Assembly: GCA_963693365.1 (NCBI GenBank)
Contig: CAVNZM010000010.1
Span: 1,054,001-1,118,000, forward strand
Direction of reading: 5' to 3'
DNA from: Amoebidium appalachense
Taxonomy: Eukaryota; Protista; Ichthyosporea
Length of the DNA stretch: 64,000 nucleotides
In this document: positions 35,962 through 64,000 of the stretch, in pieces
Layout of the letters: the number at the start of each line of letters is the position of its first letter
Numbering within the stretch: the first letter of the stretch is position 1
Translations under genes and position numbers: made by a program
Notes under the pieces: generated by a model
Databases searched by the model: none
What the model saw: only the letters and a program-made list of their open reading frames with translations
What the model was told of the DNA's origin: nothing

Positions 35962-36458
35962 TCTGTGTGTGTGCGCGCGTGCGTGTGTGTGTGCGTGTTA
36001 TTATGTATGGCGCGAGCACACATCCATAATTGGATGCAGGTTCGTGTGTGTGCGCGCGTTTGCATGTGTGGGAGCACGGATGTTGACAATGAGGTGTGAC
36101 TGTGTACGTGTGTGCGCGTGCGGGCGAATGTGTGCGCATGGGCGTGCACACCCAGGTGCACATGTGCCACACTTGTCCACGTAACCTTGTGTTGTTATTG
36201 CACCCATGTGTGTGCCTGAGCGAGTGCACATGCATGCACCAGCAAGAAGGGACCCGTCTGTGGTGTTTTTGCAACGTACAGAACCATGCGCACAAACAAA
36301 TGTAACTATCAACAGAGTCAACTTATTTAACTATTTGAATGATTTCTCTTCGTATTATGAAAGGTGTTTATCAACCCCTTCCCCCCCCCCCCCCCCCACC
36401 CCGCCCTCCCCCCTCCATGATACACACACGCGTGCGCATACACACGCGCACGCGCGCG

Positions 36459-36548
<90 letters not shown>

Positions 36549-36971
36549 GCACACATACACACACACACGCACACACACACACACACACACACATTTTTGA
36601 AGAACCATGGAAAAAAGGAGTTTTTCTGATCACTGACATGCTCATACATGCCTGCTGAGAAAGATATAAAGGGACATATAAAGGCCCTCATAAAAAGATA
36701 AAAAGGGACACGAGCAGTGCTTGCAGTGACTGCTACTATATCCAGAGTCTGTTTGATTTGCTTTCGACTGTGTGTAATTGGATTCCTGTCCCTTGTAGCC
36801 CCATAGGGCTGTAACTTCATGTGGCTGTGAACATGCAACCCAATAAATCTCTCACTCAAGAAAAGTCGTTATGTTCACATTTTCATAAGGTTTTCCGGTT
36901 CCCTGTTTCTCGTCCCAAGCAAACAGAAAGGAAATACAGCCGAACCCCCCTCCCCTCTTTTCACACAAGCT

Positions 36972-37006
<35 letters not shown>

Positions 37007-37190
37007 CAGATTCCCCCTTCTTCCTCCCCGAACCTGCATCCCAATAATTCCGCCTACTTCAAACGGGCAGAAAGGCAAGAAGCCCCCTCCCGTTTTTCAT
37101 TCCATGGTGCGTCTCATGGCGCTCAGTTTATCACAATCTACATGGCAAGGAGAATAAAAATGTAACAGTTGCTCAAATGGACATATAGTG

Positions 37191-38024
37191 CTAATGCTGC
37201 CAGCAAAACTGTCTACCAGGCTGTGCCTTCCTAGAGCACCTAGTATGCTTCTGAGTAATGGCACAACACCTTCCATCCATTGGAAGAACATGCCCATCAC
37301 GATTTGCTTGCAGCTGTCCACTCATGCCAGAGTTCGTGTTTGTTCTCAATGAGAATGAGCTTCTTGGTGCCGAATGATGTGTTTGTGGGAGGGCAGGACT
37401 AAACACAAGACGGTGTCCTGCAACTGAAATTGTCCTTTGTGAGGAGGTAGATGGTAATAATCCAGAACCTGCATGTGGCCATGTTGCTTGAACTCCAGAA
37501 CGAGCCGCTTGTCCAGAAGAAGGGACATGTTCTGCGTGACCAACCGTCGAAATGGGCAGAGCAGGCACCGGTGGGGGGTTTGCCGCTGTTGCTGTGGCCT
37601 CCGTTTTTGTGCTGTGGCTGTGTGAGTGGGGCCGGGCTGAAGAAGTTTCACCCTGGTTTGAGTCGCGCATGGCAGCAATCGGTGATGATATATTTCCGTG
37701 CACCCCATGTCTCTCTAATTCTTCCGCACGTGTTACTTCGACCTCGCTCGAAACATGCGAAGATGTTGATGGTTTTTTGGTTTCTAGAAGGATGGAGCGG
37801 GCTTCCTCTTTCGCTTCGGCTATAATTTGGCGTGCTTCTAGTTTTGCATCTGCCAAGACTTCTTTGGCTTCTTGTTTTGAAGTTTGTAAGATTTCTCTCG
37901 CCTCTCTCCTTGCTTCTGCACGTATCCTAGCTGCCTCTTCATGTGCAAACCTGAGGACTGTTTCTGCATATGCACCGAGGCTGGTTTGGTCTGCCAGGGT
38001 GTTGAATGTCGCTGGCGGGTCCAT
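37191..38024 (-). CDS. Intronless 277-aa protein: N-terminal alanine/charged coiled-coil repeats, disordered linker, C-terminal Cys3His finger (DUF5763-like)
   Basis: Uninterrupted, microsatellite-free ATG-TAG ORF. Contains 11-residue repeats (AHEEAARIRAE, ARREAREILQT, SKQEAKEVLAD, AKLEARQIIAE, AKEEARSILLE) and ends RCCAITQKHTRCSRKAQPGRQFCWQH*. Confidence 0.75.
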   Translation of the reverse strand: MDPPATFNTLADQTSLGAYAETVLRFAHEEAARIRAEARREAREILQTSKQEAKEVLADAKLEARQIIAEAKEEARSILLETKKPSTSSHVSSEVEVTRAEELERHGVHGNISSPIAAMRDSNQGETSSARPHSHSHSTKTEATATAANPPPVPALPISTVGHAEHVPSSGQAARSGVQATWPHAGSGLLPSTSSQRTISVAGHRLVFSPALPQTHHSAPRSSFSLRTNTNSGMSGQLQANRDGHVLPMDGRCCAITQKHTRCSRKAQPGRQFCWQH

Positions 38025-38342
38025 GTTGGGTAACGACGACAGTTTGGTGGCAATCTAATTCTCTAAAAGAGAATTGCGTTTTGTGTTTTGGAAAACGACG
38101 ACTATTGACTGAAATTATGATCATCGATGTGCCTGAAATTCTAAGTGCATGGTGAATTCGAAAGCTTTTGTGTGTTGTGCGTAATAACGGTGGGAAACGG
38201 TGCCGCAGGTGACTGTGCATGCGTACTGAGATTGACTGATTTGAATATTTCAAGTTGTGTCATTTAGGCGAAGAGAGAAAATAATCGTGTTGTTTAAACT
38301 TATATCAAGCTCCCTTTAATTTAGTTCTTGCCCTACGCGTTA

Positions 38343-38358
38343 GATTGGCTGTTTCAAT
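38343..38358. promoter_or_regulatory. CCAAT box + CHR-like element in the CENP-A / 277-aa gene divergent promoter
   Basis: GATTGGCTGTTTCAA, nearly identical to GATTGGCTCTTTTCAA upstream of POLD2; TTTGAA also at ~38240. Confidence 0.45.
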
Positions 38359-38913
38359 TTCTGAACTGTAACCCGGGGGTAACAAAACCGAGTGAACTTC
38401 GTTCCAACGAAAGTAGGGCTAGCTACAGAATCATATAGGGTTTGTCCCCGTCCCGCCCCCCCCCCCCCCCCCCCCCCCCCCCCGCCAACCCATCGCCCCC
38501 AACCCTCCCGCGTCCCCTTTCCCTTCTACACTTCCCTTTTTCGACCTCCCTTCATGAACCAAGCCTAAGAATCCCCAACGTGCCGAGTGATTCCCTCACA
38601 TGCTTCTGGATTTTCCTGAGAATGTGATGCTCGTCATGCATCTGTTTTGCGTCAGAGCGATTTCACATCCACCTTACTTTTCATAAATATTGATATTAAT
38701 ATTATTATGGCTATTATTATTATTATTATTAGTTTTTTTTGTCCCGGTCCCCATGCGAACATCGTTCTTTATTTAACCTATTGCTATCCATATTGCTTTC
38801 TGCTCTTAGGGGTGGCAAGTACGAACGCTTTTCAAGCAACATCATCTAAACATCTTTTTTACGACTTTGCACCATTTCCTCCCATGCAGATACAACCATC
38901 TCTATCCGAAAAG

Positions 38914-42015
<3,102 letters not shown>

Positions 42016-42277
42016 TATCTTTTCCATTTGACTTGAAATTGTAGATGGTGTAGTAATTCTCGCCACATTTCTACTATTTTGTTCTTAACCAGCCCCCTCC
42101 CCCCCCCTCCCCCCCCTCCCCCCCCCCCCCCTCTCCCCCCCCCCCCCCCCCCCCCCCCTCTTCCCCCCAAAACACTTGCACACACACATCACCCTTTTTT
42201 CCGCCCGGTGGGTAGGAAAGCGGAGATGTGGATTTGTGTGTTTGTTTGGGTGTGTCGCGTGTGTGTGTGTGTGCGCG

Positions 42278-42356
<79 letters not shown>

Positions 42357-43034
42357 TTTGGGCGTGTGAGGGGGGGGGGGGGGGGGGGAGGGGGAGGGGG
42401 GGAGGGAGGGGGCGGGGGGCTTTTCTTAATTCATGTTTGTGTGGTTTCTCTCTCATTCCTGTTGTCATCTCTCAAACACTCCAATATACCCATTTAATTC
42501 TCCTTTTTCGGGCTCTTATTAAGCCATTCATAGTCACACAAAGTTTTGGAAAGAGCTAGGGTTTTGGCGCATGTATATATTTCATAGATATCAGTCGTTT
42601 GTGGTGTTTTTTTTTGCTCAATACTGCACGGTTTGATGTTTTCCTGTGCAATAAAACCCCCCTAGCTGACCCCCGCGGGGGGGGGGGGGGGGGGGGGGAG
42701 GGGGGGGGTTGTCGATGTATCCGAATTTTCAAGGTTGTCAAGAGATTTAGGTTGGTTTGCTGTCTCACTATTTGTGATTTAAGTTGTCACTGGGATAATC
42801 GTAATATGCTGATTAGGAACACGGCAGACCAACCAAAATTACGGCGTATTTGCTAAATTTTGGGAAATTTTTATGGGGTTATTTTCTTCACAAATACTTG
42901 ATAATGTTTGGATAGTTGGTCAGATATGCATACCGTGTTCTTAGACATGCATGTAAAACCAAAAGCATGCATTTGTGCTCTATCTTTTCTTGTGTGACTC
43001 TTTGGCTGCCTCAAAAATAAAACAAAACCACGGC

Positions 43035-43102
43035 GCCCGATTTCTGAACGCGCGCGTGTGGCCCGATTTCTGAACATGTGTGTGTAGGCCGATTTCTGAA
43101 CG
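43035..43102. repeat. ~26-bp minisatellite, 3 copies
   Basis: gc(c)cgatttctgaac core x3. Confidence 0.8.
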
Positions 43103-43840
43103 TTGTGTGTGTGGAACAATTGGCTGGGATGTGTGTGTGTGTACGTGCATGTGGCGATCATGCGGGGTTTTGACTCGAGCTTTTCGTTTTTTCGAGAATG
43201 GTGGTGGTGGTGGCAGTGTGTGCACGCAGGAGAGGGTGCCCGCCGGGGGCACGGGTGGTGTGTGTCTGTGTGTATGTGTGTGTGTGTGTGTGTGTGTGAA
43301 TGTTTTTTTGGGGGGGGGGGGGGGGGGGGGCTGGAAGTGGGTGGGTGGCCATGCGTGGGTGTGTGTGTGTGTGCCTGCGTGCCTGCCTTTGTTTTGTATC
43401 TATGTGTGTCACGTGTGTGTGGAGTGCACGTACCCATGTGTGTGTGTGTGTGTGTGTAGGTGTACCTGTTTGTTGGGGAGGTTCACTGTATGTGGTTTGT
43501 GTGCACGTGTGTGTACATATGTACATGTTCTTCGGGGGGGGGGGGGGGGGGAGGGACACGGAAATTTCTGGAATGACGCACACCTGCCACTAAGTACTAA
43601 ATGTTCACAGTAGATGCATCGTGCACGTCATCATGACAACACGAGTACTCGGATGCAGATTTGCAGAAATCGGAGCACACACATGTACAACATGCATTCA
43701 ATCTGACATAATGCACCTGATTTCCGGAGCTCGATCTAATGCCCATCCTACTATCATACCTCGGAGGGGCACCAAGTCACCCGCGGTACCCCAAGTGTCT
43801 ATTTATTCACCGGTACCAGCTGCTCGTATGCATCACAGCA

Positions 43841-43900
<60 letters not shown>

Positions 43901-43933
43901 ATGTGTGTGTGTGTGTGTGTGCAAGTGTGTGTG

Positions 43934-43988
<55 letters not shown>

Positions 43989-44034
43989 TGGTGGTGGTGG
44001 TGGTGGTGGTGGTGGTGGTGGTGGTGGTGGTGGT

Positions 44035-44070
<36 letters not shown>

Positions 44071-44824
44071 GGGGAGAACTGCAGAGAACAACTGTTGAAC
44101 AAGTTCTCAGTGTCCATGTCGACGTCGGCCTTTCGCAGCTTGACCTCAACATGACGTCCAATATTACCGTATATACGTGAAAATTACGTAAATGTCATAT
44201 GAGTGGCTTGCCCATAAAATTTGGGCAACACAGGAAGCGTATGGACTCTGCGTATGGTAACCCCATGCATGTCCGACAATGGTCCAAAATTATTTATCCC
44301 ACATATGTTAGTCATTGAAATCTTAAGTATATCCAACAGAACCGCTGGATAAGAATGTGCTGTCTTTATTACCGACATTCCAGGCGAGACTACTCATTCC
44401 ACGTGCTATCGAAATTCCAAGTGTATCCAACAGAACCGCGAAGGAAATTTGGTGTTTATTAACGACACGTATGTGAGCTGTGATAATGTGTCGGCACCAA
44501 GGCCAACAGTACTTCCATCCAACACGATACACACGTAAAATTCGATTTTACAGGACACAAATCATGCGTGTACATGTCACTTTTTTTTTCCCCCAACAGT
44601 CCGAGACAACAACACTTTCTCGTCCAGATAACCCATACACTCGAATTTGCGCCAAAATTCACTAGGTATATCTAAGTGCGGATTCCCATATTCCCAACAT
44701 CTCTATTTCTACCACGAAGAAAGGAGGGTGCATGTGTACGAGTTCATAAAACTTTTTAAAATTTAAAGAAACAACCAACACCATTCGTGCATTATAACCA
44801 GCCCTTCTTATAATTGCCAAATTC

Positions 44825-50041
<5,217 letters not shown>

Positions 50042-50393
50042 AATGACTACCTTTTAGAAAAACGGTAAAGAAAGGAGTTTACAACACCAGCTACAAGTGC
50101 TATCAAGCGTATCTAGATCCAATATGAGTATGTTGTTGAGGCGAATCTATCGACATGTATGCGTTTGGGTAAAGAAAGAGAACTAGTAGTTCAGAATGGG
50201 TGATGATCAAGCACGCTGGAGTGCGCTTTAAGAAAACAATACGTCTTGCTGCAGGTGATGATAATCTTTGCACCTGTTATAAGGACAAGAACATCATATA
50301 TTAATTGAACTGCATGTTTACACCATACAGGCTAACACCGAAACTGCAGTGAGACCTCCAAAAACGGCTTTGGTCAGCCTGGGTGTTGTCGCA

Positions 50394-50486
50394 AACATGA
50401 CGTCACAATCGGAGTTCCCACCAAAACATGACGTCATTTTGTACTAGCATATGATTGGCTCTTTTCAAATGTTTTGGCGCCAAAAG
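50394..50486. promoter_or_regulatory. Bidirectional MRGBP/POLD2 promoter: 2x CRE, CCAAT box, CHR-like element, palindromic E2F site
   Basis: TGACGTCA at 50398-50405 and 50429-50436 (both within AAACATGACGTCA); ATTGG 50454-50458; TTCAAA (CHR TTTGAA on -) 50464-50469; TTTTGGCGCCAAAA 50472-50485. Confidence 0.65.
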
Positions 50487-50802
50487 TTTGCCGGCGCTGA
50501 AAACAAGCAGACAAGCACAGTCACTCACAGTCACAGGCCGGAGCTCGAGAGTTTAGAAAGGAAAAGAGTAGTTAGAAACTTTTGCAGGGGACAAACCAAG
50601 ATATTAAACACAGGAAAAGGCTTTGTTTTTGTTTTCCTGCTTTGCACGTCACGTATTTGGGCAAAAAAGAAACGCACGTAAGGCGAGCGCAGAAGCCATC
50701 ACTTCAAAAGGAAAGCAAGCCCGCAACCACTCAAACTCGTAAAACAAAAGGCGAAACCCGGAAAAGATTCACTACATTTTGGGCACACCTGAATGTTTTA
50801 AG

Positions 50803-61180
<10,378 letters not shown>

Positions 61181-61407
61181 TCATACAGGTTAAGCCTCTT
61201 TTCTTATGGGTGATGATCATACCAGGTATTGCTATCTTTGAAGGATGTTACGGGCATTCGTCGCCCTTTTTTTTGTGTTTGTTTGCTTTTGGTCCTTTGG
61301 TTGAGTCCTAATAGCCTACTCTGGCCCCAGCTCTTCTGGTTTCCCCCCCCCCCCCCCCTCCCCCCTCCCCCCCCCCCCCCCTCCCCCCCTCCCAATTTAT
61401 CCTTTCA

Positions 61408-61481
<74 letters not shown>

Positions 61482-61609
61482 CACGCGTGCACACGCACAC
61501 GCACACGCACACGCACACACACACGCACACGCACACGCACACGCACACGCACACGCACACACTCAAAAGAAGGAAGCCAAAACTGTAACAGGTGGTTGTT
61601 CTGTATTTT

Positions 61610-61640
<31 letters not shown>

Positions 61641-62064
61641 CGGCGCTAACGGAAATGGTGTTTTCCCTCCTCTGTGGATTTATCAGCCTTCGGGACCGGG
61701 ACTTGCAAATTAAGTTAATTATTCATATACAGACACACTGGGTCACTTGTTGGGTTGCATTTTTTGCGAGCCACTTATATTAATTTTTACAATTGGATGT
61801 GAATGTTGGTTATTCTAAAATGTGCTCGGATTGGGTGTGCTTGTGTTTGATGGCTCGGGTGTATTTCATTTGAAAAAGGTAACAAATTTTCCCCTAGTAC
61901 AAGTCCCAATTTCCGGGATTTTTGATACCATGGGCCTGAATGTTTTATTACGTGTAGACGACTCACTTACCAAGAGCCAGTTATGTTAACGTTACCAGTG
62001 TTTTGCAAAACGTTCATGAATAACATAATGTATCATAATACATGATTCCCCATATTCGGTACCG

Positions 62065-62098
<34 letters not shown>

Positions 62099-62355
62099 CC
62101 CCGACACCCCCCAAACCACCACCACCACCACCACCACTACACACACACAAAAAAAAAAACACGAACACAAAAACACACGCACACATACTTAGGGCATGCA
62201 GGCAGGCGCACACACATCACAGACACTCGCACGATACACACATTCTCTTGGACACGAACCACATAAAACTACAAAAGGCATGTGCACTTACACGCACCGC
62301 GCACATACACAACCAGCATAAGCCAGATAATCCAATCACACACACACTGCACACA

Positions 62356-62515
62356 CCAAGGCCTCCTAAATAGCACTCCAGGAGTGCTATTTAGGTTACC
62401 ACCTACTGAGGCGGTGTCTCCTTTTTTTTTTTTTTTACTTAAAAGAGTAGTAGATGTATAACGTCGCACGTGCGGTCAACACGTCAGTACGTGTTAGCTA
62501 TTTAGGAGGCCTTGG
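62356..62515. mobile_element. 160-bp MITE with 19-20-bp perfect TIRs and an internal palindrome
   Basis: CCAAGGCCTCCTAAATAGC ... GCTATTTAGGAGGCCTTGG; flanks CA / TA; internal hairpin CCTAAATAGCACTCC-A-GGAGTGCTATTTAGG. Confidence 0.75.
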
Positions 62516-63021
62516 TACACGCACGCACAGCCATGGCTAAAAATAACAAGTATCGCGCGACTCATCGCTGAGCCGCGATGTGCGCCAAAACAACACGAGG
62601 GCCCGATATTTTTTTTGGGGTCTGTGCGAGGTGTTGTGCCTGTGTGAGTGATATTTTACGTTTTAGAGTATCATAATACAAGTTGGTAGACACGTCGACG
62701 TCGCACCACGCCTAATGTAGAAATTCCTTAAGTTTATTATACTTGTGACAATAGAGTTCGTTAAAGGCCATTTTGGCACATTTTGGTTTTGCCATCGTGA
62801 TAATAGAGATCATAGGCGGAAAGTGACTTTGGGGTAGACGGGCATGCTGTGCTGAACGGTCAGCCAGAAGGGGGAAAAGACGGACGCAAAGCCCGAATTC
62901 TTCGGTTTCTGGGCGGAGAGATGAGTAAGTGAACAAAGGCTGTGCAGGATGCTGTGTGATGAGCGTTGCACGTATGAAAACAGTAGGGTTAAGGGGAAGG
63001 AGGTTTTTTTTTTGGCGGTGG

Positions 63022-63060
<39 letters not shown>

Positions 63061-63377
63061 GAGAGCACTCGAAGATCGTGGGAAAATGGTGTGCATCTGG
63101 AAATGTTTGACAAAGGGAAAATGTGAGGGCACTTGGGGGGAAGGGGGGGGGGGGGGGGGGGGGGTTTCTATCTAATGCTTTAATGGTCGATGATGCTGTT
63201 TGTTCGGGTTGTGCCAGACCATTGTATGAACAAAAGGTTTGTCCTAACAACAACATATATTGGATTTGACTTTCCCAAGGCTCTCTAATAAAAAGCACCC
63301 AAAAAAAAGGGGGCGGGGTTGGGGGGGGAACTTCGTTTGTTGATATACCCCTTCCCCCCCCCCCCCCCCCCTCCCCC

Positions 63378-63416
<39 letters not shown>

Positions 63417-63613
63417 GCCTGCCGGCCCACACACACACTCACACCAAAAATAAAAAATAAAAAAATAAATAATAATAATAGCAACAATAATGAAAATAAG
63501 TAAATACATAAAACCACCCAGCCCAAACTTTCCACCTACCAATCACCGACAGATGGATGCAGGATGTGTGCTTCTTTGTGTGTGGGTGGGGAGGTGGGGG
63601 TTTTGCTGGGGGA

Positions 63614-63646
<33 letters not shown>

Positions 63647-64000
63647 GCAAGACACTCACACAACCACACACACACACACACACACACAGAGAGTGTGTGT
63701 TTTTTTGGGGGGGGGGGGGGGGGGGAGGGGGCAGGGAGTGAGGGTGGGTGTGTGGGTGTGCCCGCGCGTGTGAAGGAGGGAAGAGGAAGGGAGGGAGTGA
63801 GGGAGGGAGGAGGAGGGGGGGGGGGGGGAGGGAGAGAGGGAGGGAGGGAGAGGACGGGGAAGTGCGTGAGGGAGGGAGCGAAGGAGGGGGGAGGGAGGGA
63901 GGGATGGAGAGGAAGTGATTAAGGAGAAGGGGGGGGGGGGGGGGGAGGGGGGGGGGGTGAAGAGTGTTTCCACGTAAACTCGATTCACAAGAAGCTGCAA

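Noticed and set aside
62760-63240. Possible first exons of a + strand gene (ATG A|gtaagt at ~62921; AG...GT island ~63218-63236)
   Set aside because: Too little coding sequence to identify or phase; may continue beyond the window.

Overview
Intron-rich eukaryotic genomic DNA saturated with (CA)n/(TG)n, (CT)n and poly-C/poly-G tracts. Almost all ORFs in the six-frame track are microsatellite artefacts. Splicing exons by hand gave seven genes: (1) a tomosyn/Lgl-family WD40 gene (-, runs off the left edge) with a U12-type AT-AC intron and two GC-AG introns; (2,3) a head-to-head pair of secreted EGF + PAN/apple modular proteins whose introns are all phase 1; (4) an intronless 277-aa coiled-coil + C-terminal Cys3His protein; (5) centromeric histone CENP-A/CenH3; (6) MRGBP/Eaf7; (7) POLD2, which shares with MRGBP a bidirectional promoter carrying CRE, CCAAT, CHR-like and E2F motifs. 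Non-genic features include an ~9-kb mosaic of old, degenerate tandem duplications (10.7-19.5 kb), two TIR MITEs, a tRNA-derived SINE-like family and a possible solo LTR. The most unusual signal is splicing architecture: many 3' splice sites are pure (CA)n-AG with no polypyrimidine tract. Gene content suggests a holozoan, possibly a unicellular one such as an ichthyosporean; this is inference only. All family assignments come from recalled motifs, and no database searches were run.
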